A stretch of DNA of 25,178 nucleotides, taken from a virus. Taxonomy: Duplodnaviria; Caudoviricetes. Positions 9,255 to 17,572 of the stretch are shown here, in pieces. Positions within the stretch are counted from its first letter, which is position 1. The number at the start of each line of letters is the position of its first letter. The stretch lies in IMG/VR virus record IMGVR_UViG_3300005764_000080, positions 1-25,178 of that record; one strand, given 5' to 3'. The translations under genes and the position numbers were made by a program. The notes under the pieces were generated by a model. It was not told where the DNA came from, ran no database searches, and saw only the letters and a list, made by a program, of their open reading frames with translations.

Positions 9255-9958
9255 GCGCACCCACCGAGCCCACACGCACCACGCCCGATCTGCCGCTGCG
9301 CTCTCACAGCGTGGATGACCTAGAACGCGTCATGGTGAAGTTCCTAGAGCAGCTATTCCAAGACGCCTATCGCCTAGACAATCCCGGCGTCAATGCCATG
9401 CAAAAGCCCGGCGCAGAGTTCACCGATACACCGGGCGAAGTGCCATACGACTACAGCGAGCGCGCACAAACACTCACGGGCAAGGTGCCTCCGCAGATCG
9501 TTCGCGGGCGCATTCCACGCACTCTCGCGGGCGAAATAGAACTGGACAAACTGCCCGACTATCCGTCCATAAGCGTGCAGGTGATCGCTGCCGACGTGGA
9601 CAGCGACTGCACCCATGTGACGCTGCGACTGTTCTTCCACGCTTACGATGAGAACCCCGATAGCCAAGGCTATCAGGACTGCCTTAACATGATGGAAACA
9701 GCCTCCATAGCGCTCACCAGCTGGGGTCAGAAAGGCATCGACCACGCTTACCCCATCGTCATGCCTATCAAGTGGAAGCTCCTAGAGCTAGGCACATGGC
9801 CGCATTTCATAGGAGAAATGACTACCGAATGGCAACTGCCTAGCGCCCGGCCACTGCCTGACTTCGGGGAGACCCTTATACCGGAAGAGCACATCGAAGT
9901 GATGGGCACCTACGATAGAACAGCGCCCGTGGCCGACCTAATGGGAGCAACACCATGA
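9251..9958 (+). CDS. Putative tail terminator/completion protein
   Basis: Position between Z and sheath; ATGA coupling on both sides; function inferred from synteny only. Confidence 0.5.
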   Translation: MSAPTEPTRTTPDLPLRSHSVDDLERVMVKFLEQLFQDAYRLDNPGVNAMQKPGAEFTDTPGEVPYDYSERAQTLTGKVPPQIVRGRIPRTLAGEIELDKLPDYPSISVQVIAADVDSDCTHVTLRLFFHAYDENPDSQGYQDCLNMMETASIALTSWGQKGIDHAYPIVMPIKWKLLELGTWPHFIGEMTTEWQLPSARPLPDFGETLIPEEHIEVMGTYDRTAPVADLMGATP

Positions 9959-10278
9959 TACGCATCACCGGGCAGGTCATCTACTGCGGGCCAACCATCC
10001 CGCAACTGGGCCTCAACTATGGCATGATCTTCCGCGACGGCATTTTCGAGTCGCTTTACACGTGGATAGGCAGGTGCCCGGCGCTGGGGAGCCTGTTCGT
10101 CCCCGTGGCCGAATACGCGCTGGTGCGCAAAGAACTCAACTTCGACATAGCCCGTAACATGCGTGGCACCAGCGGGAAATACGTGACTTTCTATCGAGAA
10201 GTGCAAAACTGGCTTGCAGCGAAAAAGAAAACCGAACAACCTCAACCCATAGGAGTGAAACTTAAAACCCATGTCTAA
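9955..10278 (+). CDS. Hypothetical phage protein upstream of the sheath gene
   Basis: 107 aa, translationally coupled (VIYCGPTIP...LFVPV). Confidence 0.65.
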   Translation: MIRITGQVIYCGPTIPQLGLNYGMIFRDGIFESLYTWIGRCPALGSLFVPVAEYALVRKELNFDIARNMRGTSGKYVTFYREVQNWLAAKKKTEQPQPIGVKLKTHV

Positions 10279-11857
10279 CCTAGGCCCATTCCCACACGGC
10301 GTCAGCTGGGCTGACGTTCCCACTAGCGTAATTGCACCCGTTGCTGCCTATCCCGGCATGAACGTGGTCATCGGCTCCGCGCCGATGCATCTAAGCCCAG
10401 ACGGGCTCAACACCATCAACAAGCCACGCATCTACAACCGCTACGAAGATGCGGTAGCGGAGTTGGGCTATTCCCGCGACTGGGCCACGTATGACATTTG
10501 CGAGCACATGGACTCTGTGTTCGTGGAGTTTGGAGTGTTCCCGGTGTGTTACATCGCGGTCAACGATCCCACGAAGAACGCAGTCACGGTCCCGCCCACC
10601 AGCTACACGCTAGTGAACGGGAGCATAAACACGGGCAAGGAACTCATAGCGTGGCTGGTCACTGTCACCAGTGTCACCACAGCCGCAGCCGAGGCCAAGG
10701 CCAAGAAAGGCGGCGAGAAGGAAGGCGAAACGCCCACGCCACAGCTGACCAACTACGTGCTAGGCGTGGACTACCTGCTCACCTATGACGCCAACAATCA
10801 TGCCATCATCACGCGCATTCCCGGAGGCGCGATCCTGACCGACACATCGGCAGTCCTCATCGGCGGCCAGACGCCCGGCACCACGCCCATCACGGCCACG
10901 GACATCATCGGTGGCGTCGATTCGGTCACGGGCAAGCGCACAGGCTTGGAGGTCATCGAGGACGTGTTCCAAGCGACAGGCCTAGTCCCCGGCATCATCA
11001 TCTGCCCGGCTTGGAGCCATGACTCGACAGTCGCTGCGGCCATGGAAGCCAAGTGCGAGAACATCAACGGCTGCTTCGCGTGCACGTGCCTGATCGACGT
11101 GGACGTGTCGGCTACGGCCACTCCGCCCGTGAAGAAGGCGCAGGACGTGCTGGCGTGGAAGACCGCCAAGAACATCACTTTCCCACGGCAGGAGCTATTG
11201 TTCGGCTTGCCTACGCTGGTGGCCGACGATGGCACCAAAAAGCAGTTCCACTTCGCATCGCAGCAAGGCCCGCTCATCCAGTGGACGGACACCTATCGCG
11301 GCGGTGGCCTCCCGTATCAGTCGCCATCGAACAAGCCTCTCAAGATGAATTCGCTACAGCTGGGCGACGGCAGCGAGGTGCCCATGCACCTGCTCGACGC
11401 CAACATGCTCAACGGTCAAGGCGTGGTCACGGCGCTCAACTGGATCGGCGGCTGGCGCAGCTGGGGCAACCGCACAGCGGCTTACCCGGCCAACACCGAT
11501 GTGAAGGACATGTTCATCCCGGTGAGGCGCATGTTCGACTTCATCGGCAACACGGTGGTGCTCACCATCTGGCAAAAGGTTGACGAGCCCGGCAACCGCC
11601 GTCTCATCGACGCCATCGTCAACTCGTTGCAGCTGTGGCTCGATGGCCTCAGCAATCAGGAGGCGCTCGTGGGCGCACGGCTGGAGTTCCGCCACGATGA
11701 GAACCCGACCACGGAAATCCTCAACGGCCACTACACGTTCCACATTTACATCGCGGTCCCAACCCCGGCAGAATGGCTCGACTTCCGCATCGAATACTGG
11801 GTGCCATACATCCAAAACCTATGGCCCGAGGAAGACACTGCGGCAGCAGCGGCCTAA
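10271..11857 (+). CDS. Contractile tail sheath protein
   Basis: PHGVSWADVPTS, PYQSPSNK, ANMLNGQGV, WRSWGNRT, FIPVRR and VPTPAEWL motifs. Confidence 0.95.
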   Translation: MSNLGPFPHGVSWADVPTSVIAPVAAYPGMNVVIGSAPMHLSPDGLNTINKPRIYNRYEDAVAELGYSRDWATYDICEHMDSVFVEFGVFPVCYIAVNDPTKNAVTVPPTSYTLVNGSINTGKELIAWLVTVTSVTTAAAEAKAKKGGEKEGETPTPQLTNYVLGVDYLLTYDANNHAIITRIPGGAILTDTSAVLIGGQTPGTTPITATDIIGGVDSVTGKRTGLEVIEDVFQATGLVPGIIICPAWSHDSTVAAAMEAKCENINGCFACTCLIDVDVSATATPPVKKAQDVLAWKTAKNITFPRQELLFGLPTLVADDGTKKQFHFASQQGPLIQWTDTYRGGGLPYQSPSNKPLKMNSLQLGDGSEVPMHLLDANMLNGQGVVTALNWIGGWRSWGNRTAAYPANTDVKDMFIPVRRMFDFIGNTVVLTIWQKVDEPGNRRLIDAIVNSLQLWLDGLSNQEALVGARLEFRHDENPTTEILNGHYTFHIYIAVPTPAEWLDFRIEYWVPYIQNLWPEEDTAAAAA

Positions 11858-11869
11858 CCCATAGAAACA

Positions 11870-11894
11870 CAGTTATATTGAATTCAATATAAGC
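11870..11894 (+). promoter_or_regulatory. Palindromic junction motif, variant A, copy 4
   Basis: Exact match to 3270-3294; lies between sheath and tube. Confidence 0.8.
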
Positions 11895-11918
11895 ATCAAC
11901 CCATAGGAGGCACCTACC

Positions 11919-12446
11919 ATGCAAATCCCAAATCATGTTACCAACTACAGCATCTTCAAGGATGGGCGTAGGCTCATTGGCCTCGCCGATGTTACCCTGC
12001 CCGACTTGAAGAACCTAGAGGACAACCTCAAGGGCAGCGGCATCTTTGGCGAGATCGCCATGCCCGTGCAGGCGCATTTCCAGCCCTACAGCGTGAAGCT
12101 CAAGTGGCTGACCGTGGTGGACGATGCAGTGTTTGCCACCATCCAAGATGGCGCGCAGTTGGACGCGTGGGCCGCGCACCAGCTGCACGACAGCGGGACC
12201 AACCGCATCATCCATACTGGCTGGCGCTACGTCATGGGCACCGCGCCCAAGGGCTTCAACTTTGGCAAACTGGAGGTGGGAACGAAGGGCGACGCCGAAA
12301 CCGAGTATGAACTCATATCGCTGCGGGTGCTGCGCAACGATCGCATCATGCTCGAGATCGACAAGGAGAATGCCGTGTGCAGGTGGTTCAATGGCGTCCA
12401 GCTGGTGGACACCGCGCTGCGCATCCGGCAACTCATAGGGTTGTAA
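11919..12446 (+). CDS. Major tail tube protein (P2 FII-like)
   Basis: 175 aa after the sheath; GLADVTLPDL...GSGIFGEI and LEIDKEN..NGV motifs; AGGAGG SD. Confidence 0.92.
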   Translation: MQIPNHVTNYSIFKDGRRLIGLADVTLPDLKNLEDNLKGSGIFGEIAMPVQAHFQPYSVKLKWLTVVDDAVFATIQDGAQLDAWAAHQLHDSGTNRIIHTGWRYVMGTAPKGFNFGKLEVGTKGDAETEYELISLRVLRNDRIMLEIDKENAVCRWFNGVQLVDTALRIRQLIGL

Positions 12447-12470
12447 GCACTTGACACCTGTGAGTATAGT
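12441..12470 (+). promoter_or_regulatory. Possible sigma70-like promoter TTGTAA-N18-TATAGT
   Basis: Consensus resemblance only; would give a nearly leaderless mRNA for the chaperone ATG at 12479. Confidence 0.25.
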
Positions 12471-12478
12471 GTCCGCCT

Positions 12479-12946
12479 ATGGACAAGACACTACTGCAAT
12501 CACGAGACGCCGAGGCCACCGACCTCGGCGATCCCGCAAATAGGCTAGGCACTACCAACAGCGAAACACCTACACCCGAACCAGCTGCCGATGACACGCT
12601 CTATCGCGAGCTAGAGGCGGATGCCGCTCAGCCACCGTGGAGGCTCCGCTTGGAGCCGCCAGTCGAGTTCGATGGCCAGTCATACAAGGAACTGATCTTC
12701 GACTACGACGCGATGAACGGCAAAGACTTCCAGCGCGTGGAGCGTAGCTTCACACGACTCTACAAGTCGGAGAAGAACGAGTTTGTTATGCCCGAGACTA
12801 AGCACCTTTTCCACTCGCTGCTCGCAGCGCAAGTGGCGGACGTGCCTGTTGGCCTCATCCTGAAACTGCCGCGCCGTTATTACATAGCGGTGCGCAATAG
12901 CGCTTTAAAAGCCTGTGGCAGCTCGTCGGAAGAGGAGAAAGCGTAA
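12479..12946 (+). CDS. Tail assembly chaperone (gpE/gp41-like)
   Basis: Between tube and tape measure; LEPPVEFDGQSYKELIFDYDAMNGKD pattern. Confidence 0.85.
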   Translation: MDKTLLQSRDAEATDLGDPANRLGTTNSETPTPEPAADDTLYRELEADAAQPPWRLRLEPPVEFDGQSYKELIFDYDAMNGKDFQRVERSFTRLYKSEKNEFVMPETKHLFHSLLAAQVADVPVGLILKLPRRYYIAVRNSALKACGSSSEEEKA

Positions 12947-13101
12947 ACAAGAACCTGCGCTCCATAGCAGTGCGGATGGCGCGGGCCACGGGCGGAGGCG
13001 TGGGCTTCTGGCTAGAGCTGCCGATACGAGAGTTGATAGCTTACTTGGCCGAACTGGGCGACCAGCTACAGGCCGAGCAAGAGGCTGCGGAAAGGAGGTG
13101 A
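12904..13101 (+). CDS. -1 frameshift extension of the tail chaperone (E+E'/G-T-like)
   Basis: In-frame slippery heptamer T-TTA-AAA at 12904-12910; the -1 frame is open (KSLWQLVGRGESVNKNLRSIAVRMARATGGGVGFWLELPIRELIAYLAELGDQLQAEQEAAERR*) and stops 9 nt before the tape measure ATG. Confidence 0.8.
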   Translation, partial: FKSLWQLVGRGESVNKNLRSIAVRMARATGGGVGFWLELPIRELIAYLAELGDQLQAEQEAAERR

Positions 13102-13110
13102 GCGTATAGG

Positions 13111-15519
13111 ATGGCTGCGCCCAAGCAATACCAAGCGGTATTCTCCATCGGCGCGAAGCTGACTGGATCGTTCAACGCCTCGATCGCGACTGCCCAGGCA
13201 CGCCTGCGATCGCTGGCGACGACTGCGCAACGCGTGGGCGTGTCCATGCGCGCGGGACTGGCACGCGCGAACGCGGCCATGTCGAGCATGGGCGCAGGCA
13301 TCACGCGCGTGTTGGGCCTAGTGAAGAAGCTGGCCTTGGGCCTAGGAGGTCTAGGTGTCATCTTGGGCGGCTTTGCCGCATCGAAGATCTTCCATGAGAT
13401 AACTGCGGGCGCAGCTGAGGCAGCTAAGGAACAGGCACAGGCCCACAGGCAGTTAGTGGGCTACCTCATGACCAACAACGCTGTAGCGGCGAAGGGCATG
13501 GAGTATTCCACCAAGCAGGCCGAGATGATCGAGGACTATAACAAAGCCCTAGGCAAGCAGCAGATATACGGGCAACAAATCCTCAACCAGATATCGGCTG
13601 GCGTGGCCAAGAGTGGGATGCCAGCCAACGCGGTAGAGCAGACTACCACCGCGCTCACCAACGTGCTCGCGCTCTCGCGTGGAGTGCACGCCAGCGCGGA
13701 AGATGGCGCGAAGCTGGGCACGCTATGGACGATCGCGGTCAAGACGGGCATGACACGCGGGCTGCGTAGCTTCGGCATCATCCTGAGCAAGGCTGAGCAG
13801 GCCTACATGACCGCCAAGACCACCAGCGCCTATGAACGGCAGATGCTGCTCATGACCAAGGTCACAGGCAGGATGTATGCGGGCCAAGCGGCGGCGCTCA
13901 TGAAGACGCCCGAGGGCCGCATCTACCTGTTCGACCGGGCGCTGCACGAGATGTCAAAGCGCATAGGGCACGAGGTGTTGCCCGCGCAAGCGGCCATGGC
14001 GGACGCGTGGCGCGAAGTGTTGCCCGAGCTAGAGCCCATCATCAAACAGTTTTACGAGGTGGTCACACAAGGCGCGATAGCTGCCGCGCACTGGGTGCAC
14101 GATCGCCTGATTCCCGCGTGGAAGGAGTTCGTCGCATGGTGGAAAGGACCGGGCGGCGCTGCATGGAACAAGCTGGCCAAGTCGTTCATGGACATGGGCG
14201 GCAAGCTGCTGGCTGCACTGATAAAGCAGTTTGCGGCCCTAGGCGGCAAGGGCAAGAGCGCAGGCGAAACGCTCGTGAGCATCATGGGTGCGCTGGCGAA
14301 CATATTCGAGTGGATAGGCGATAACGCGGACGAGGTCATCCACGTGGTGGAGGCGCTCACCATCGCGTTCATCGCGCTCAAGATCGCCACGTTCGCCACC
14401 AGCGGCGGCATGGGATCGCTGCGGGCAAACATGCTGACGTTGGCGGGCATAGGCGCTTTCGTGGCGGTGCAAAAGCTCAACAGCGAGGTGGAGAAATTCA
14501 CCGCGCTCATGAAAGGCCAAGCGGTAAGCGATCCAGAGCATTTCACCAAACACTGGTATCTGCTCGGTATGTCGTGGACCGAACTCATAGCTGGCGCACG
14601 CGGGCTCAATGCCGAGAGCTTGAAGTGGGATGACGCCGTGGAAGGTGCGTTCAAGCGCATCTGGGACGACATGAAAGATTTCGACTGGACGTTCGGTTTC
14701 AAGAAACAATGGGACGACGCCATCCAGACGTTCAAGACCTACTGGCGCGATGTGAAGGACGCCATCAAACATCCATTTGGCGGTCACGATATGTTCCGTG
14801 GCGCGGGCGCAGGCTCGTCGTGGGCAGGCGGACCCGTGGGCACGTCCACATATACCGCTCCTCCGGGCCTGCCCGATTCCACGCTGGCGGCCCTGCGCGC
14901 ATCGAAGATCGCCGAGCTAAAAGACCCCATCGTGGCATCCCGGTTTTACTCCAATCTGGAAACCGAAGTGGGCAGCGGCAATGCCGTCCGCACACAGGCT
15001 TACATGGAGGCGACCATCAACCGCTCCATAGCCCGCAACAAGTCGCTCATGGAGACGATCAGCGACACTGGCTATTACCCCGGCGTGAGCCTGCGCAACG
15101 TGGCCGTGAGCGCGAAAGCGATACAGGCCTACAACGCTGCCCTCGATCGGGTGGCGGCAGGCAGCAACATCACCAATTACGCCACTGGCAACGCATCGCT
15201 GGGTGTGGGCTTCGCTGGTGGCCCGCGCACGTTCTCCTCTGGCGGCGAGGACTTCGGACGCGAAGGGCCGGACCTGTGGTGGGCCAACAAGATGAGCCGG
15301 GGCACGCCACCGCTACTGAGGCGACCGCCCGACCAGCCACCGCCGCAGGCGTCCAACATGCACTTCAACCCGCACATCGTGATCAATGGCAACGCCACCG
15401 AAGCGGATCAGCGGGCCATGGACTCGCGCCTGCGCGACCTTGCCAAGGATTTCATAGCGCAGTTCAAGGCAGCACAGTATCAGGAACGTCGGTTATCATA
15501 CGAAAGTGGATATGGCTAA
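13111..15519 (+). CDS. Tape measure protein with a possible C-terminal cell-wall hydrolase-like domain
   Basis: 802 aa, Ala-rich and helical with Trp/Phe periodicity and hydrophobic segments; follows the chaperone. Confidence 0.9.
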   Translation: MAAPKQYQAVFSIGAKLTGSFNASIATAQARLRSLATTAQRVGVSMRAGLARANAAMSSMGAGITRVLGLVKKLALGLGGLGVILGGFAASKIFHEITAGAAEAAKEQAQAHRQLVGYLMTNNAVAAKGMEYSTKQAEMIEDYNKALGKQQIYGQQILNQISAGVAKSGMPANAVEQTTTALTNVLALSRGVHASAEDGAKLGTLWTIAVKTGMTRGLRSFGIILSKAEQAYMTAKTTSAYERQMLLMTKVTGRMYAGQAAALMKTPEGRIYLFDRALHEMSKRIGHEVLPAQAAMADAWREVLPELEPIIKQFYEVVTQGAIAAAHWVHDRLIPAWKEFVAWWKGPGGAAWNKLAKSFMDMGGKLLAALIKQFAALGGKGKSAGETLVSIMGALANIFEWIGDNADEVIHVVEALTIAFIALKIATFATSGGMGSLRANMLTLAGIGAFVAVQKLNSEVEKFTALMKGQAVSDPEHFTKHWYLLGMSWTELIAGARGLNAESLKWDDAVEGAFKRIWDDMKDFDWTFGFKKQWDDAIQTFKTYWRDVKDAIKHPFGGHDMFRGAGAGSSWAGGPVGTSTYTAPPGLPDSTLAALRASKIAELKDPIVASRFYSNLETEVGSGNAVRTQAYMEATINRSIARNKSLMETISDTGYYPGVSLRNVAVSAKAIQAYNAALDRVAAGSNITNYATGNASLGVGFAGGPRTFSSGGEDFGREGPDLWWANKMSRGTPPLLRRPPDQPPPQASNMHFNPHIVINGNATEADQRAMDSRLRDLAKDFIAQFKAAQYQERRLSYESGYG

Positions 15520-15829
15520 AAAAACAGCAGCAAAACCGCAGCAAGAGGAAATCCCCATGGAGGGCACTGGCGTGGCACCAGTGAAAATACCAAAGGTGGA
15601 CAAGCTGGCCCGCAGCTATGTCGAGGCACGCGATTCGCGCATAGACGCGCTCAACACGGAAGTGGACGCGAAAGCGAAACTGGTGGAAGCCCTGCATTTC
15701 CACAAGGATCAGCTGACACTGCCCGATGGGCGCATCGTGTATCACTACGACGAGAGCGTCATCACGCTGGAGCCGGGCAAGGAAAAGCTCAGCGTCAAAG
15801 CCTCCCATACCGGAGAGGAGGTGGAGTGA
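15512..15829 (+). CDS. Hypothetical protein
   Basis: MAKKTAAK... overlapping the tape measure stop; start could be 15506. Confidence 0.65.
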   Translation: MAKKTAAKPQQEEIPMEGTGVAPVKIPKVDKLARSYVEARDSRIDALNTEVDAKAKLVEALHFHKDQLTLPDGRIVYHYDESVITLEPGKEKLSVKASHTGEEVE

Positions 15830-15855
15830 CAGTTATATCGTTTTCAATATAACTG
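15830..15855 (-). promoter_or_regulatory. Palindromic junction motif, variant B, copy 5
   Basis: Identical to 92-117; starts right after the stop at 15829 and, like copy 1, is followed by TTCACT-ATG. Confidence 0.8.
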
Positions 15856-15865
15856 ACTTTTCACT

Positions 15866-16099
15866 ATGAGGACTTACACGAGCATACAGGGCGACTGGTG
15901 GGATTTGATCGCGCTCCGGGTGTATGGGATGAAGCGCGGAGACGATCACCTCATGCACAAGCTCATCGAGGCGAACTACAACATCAGGGAGATTTGCAAC
16001 TTCCCCGCTGGCGTGGTCGTCATAGTGCCAGACCTCCCCGTGAAAGCCACCATCCCGCTAGTCCCGTGGAAGAGCACTTCCATCGTGACCAACCCGTAA
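15866..16099 (+). CDS. Tail protein X (LysM-like)
   Basis: YTSIQGDWWDLIALRVYG...LIEAN...FPAGV..VP...PW pattern. Confidence 0.92.
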   Translation: MRTYTSIQGDWWDLIALRVYGMKRGDDHLMHKLIEANYNIREICNFPAGVVVIVPDLPVKATIPLVPWKSTSIVTNP

Positions 16100-16214
16100 A
16101 ATGCCGAGGATGCCGTTAAAAGCATTTTGTTTGGCGGTGCTGGGCGTTGATCCACCAAGCACCCCAAACGGCACGAGAACGGCATCCTCGTGCCGGGGAC
16201 GGGCTGTTCTGCGG
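16098..16214. repeat. Inverted-repeat (MITE/REP-like) element, copy 2, intergenic and highly structured
   Basis: 13-bp perfect IR at 16105-16117/16178-16190 plus internal stems; arm sequence shared with 5784-5819 and 24061-24080. Confidence 0.8.
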
Positions 16215-16266
16215 CTGATCAAAACCCGTTTTTTGACCGGGAGGCCCGGAAAGTGAAGGTTGCACT

Positions 16267-17571
16267 ATGATCTTCCAAGTCCGCGCCGCACGCCCGCAGC
16301 TGACCCTCAACGGCACCGACTATTACAACAAGCTGGCTCCATACTTCCTCAACATGACCTACACGGACAGCTGCGATGGACAGAAGGCCGATGACTTCCA
16401 GCTGCAACTGGCTGACCGCGATCGCAAGTTCATCAACGAGTGGATGCCCAAGCCCGGCACGTTCCTCGACGTGGGCGTCTATTGCGAGCGATGGTTCGCG
16501 CCTTTCGCTTCCGCGCTGGTGCTCAATTGCGGGCGCTTCTGGATCGACTCGGTCGAGTTCGAGCTCCCGCAACACACGGTGAGTATCAAGGCGGCTTCCA
16601 TACCCACGAACGTGCGCGTAAAGGCCGCGAATGACACACGCGGATGGGACAAGAACACGCTGCGCGACATAGCGCAACAGGTGGCAACCGAGAGCAAGAT
16701 GGAGTTGAAGTATGCCGATGGTGCCACTAACCCCAAATACGATCGAGTGGAGCAGACCGAGGAGAGCGCACTGGCGTTCCTTCAGAAGCGGTGCCACGAC
16801 GCCAAGCTGTGCATCAAGGTCAGCAACAATACCATCTACATTTTCGATGAGCAAAAGGCGGAGGAGGCCGCGCCTGCGTTCACGCTCGTGTATGGAGACG
16901 GGAGCGCACCCTCGCCCATAGGCGCATTCGGCGGACTCCTAAGCGGCGCGAGCGACGTGACAGGCGCACTTTCGGGCGGAGGCAAGGTGTTCCGCCTAGC
17001 GGGAGCAGTGTTCACGCTCATGGTGAACGACACTGCCAAGACCGCCAACGTGCGCTACACCAAACCGGGCACAGGCGATACCACGCTGGAGACGTTCACG
17101 GACACTGGCTCCCCATCGCGTGGCGGACTGATCAGCGGTGGCGGTGGCGCGAGCCAGCCCATCACTGGCGTTAGCGTGCCATCGTCCGAAAGCGCAGACG
17201 AAGGCACAGGCGATCCGGAAGATGTTGACACCAACTACAACGAGAATCCCGGCACCGAGGATCAGGACGAGGGCAGCAGCGGAGATGGCGCACCCACCAC
17301 TCGCGTGGACGAAGGGCTGGGTTCCACGTGGAACAAAGAGGACATGGAGGGCCAGCTGGCCAAGGCCAAGCTGCGATCGAAGAACAAGGACAAGATTCAT
17401 GCCAAGATCGAAATGTCCATCGGCAACCCGCTGGTGGCTGCGGGCCAGACATTCACGATGGTGGGCGTGGGGCAGTTCGATGGCAAGTGGTTCGCGGAAA
17501 CGATCGACCATCGCGTAGGCCCGGAATACACCACGATCATCAATGCCCGGCGCTGTTTAACAGGTTACTAA
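16267..17571 (+). CDS. Baseplate hub / late control protein D
   Basis: YTDS.DGQKADDFQLQLADRD, EQTEESALAFL and GNPLVAAG..GVGQFDGKW motifs; contains Gly/Ser/acidic insertions. Confidence 0.9.
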   Translation: MIFQVRAARPQLTLNGTDYYNKLAPYFLNMTYTDSCDGQKADDFQLQLADRDRKFINEWMPKPGTFLDVGVYCERWFAPFASALVLNCGRFWIDSVEFELPQHTVSIKAASIPTNVRVKAANDTRGWDKNTLRDIAQQVATESKMELKYADGATNPKYDRVEQTEESALAFLQKRCHDAKLCIKVSNNTIYIFDEQKAEEAAPAFTLVYGDGSAPSPIGAFGGLLSGASDVTGALSGGGKVFRLAGAVFTLMVNDTAKTANVRYTKPGTGDTTLETFTDTGSPSRGGLISGGGGASQPITGVSVPSSESADEGTGDPEDVDTNYNENPGTEDQDEGSSGDGAPTTRVDEGLGSTWNKEDMEGQLAKAKLRSKNKDKIHAKIEMSIGNPLVAAGQTFTMVGVGQFDGKWFAETIDHRVGPEYTTIINARRCLTGY

Positions 17572-17572
17572 C

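Noticed and set aside
12451-12470. TTGACA...TATAGT as a promoter pair
   Set aside because: The spacer is only 8 nt; only the weaker TTGTAA pairing has plausible spacing.
12915-13109. 64-aa ORF from the track
   Set aside because: The chaperone-like peptide lies in a different frame, reached by the -1 shift at 12904.
14709-15584. 291-aa alternative-frame ORF inside the tape measure gene
   Set aside because: Arg/Gly-rich shadow typical of GC-rich coding DNA; no motifs or start signal.
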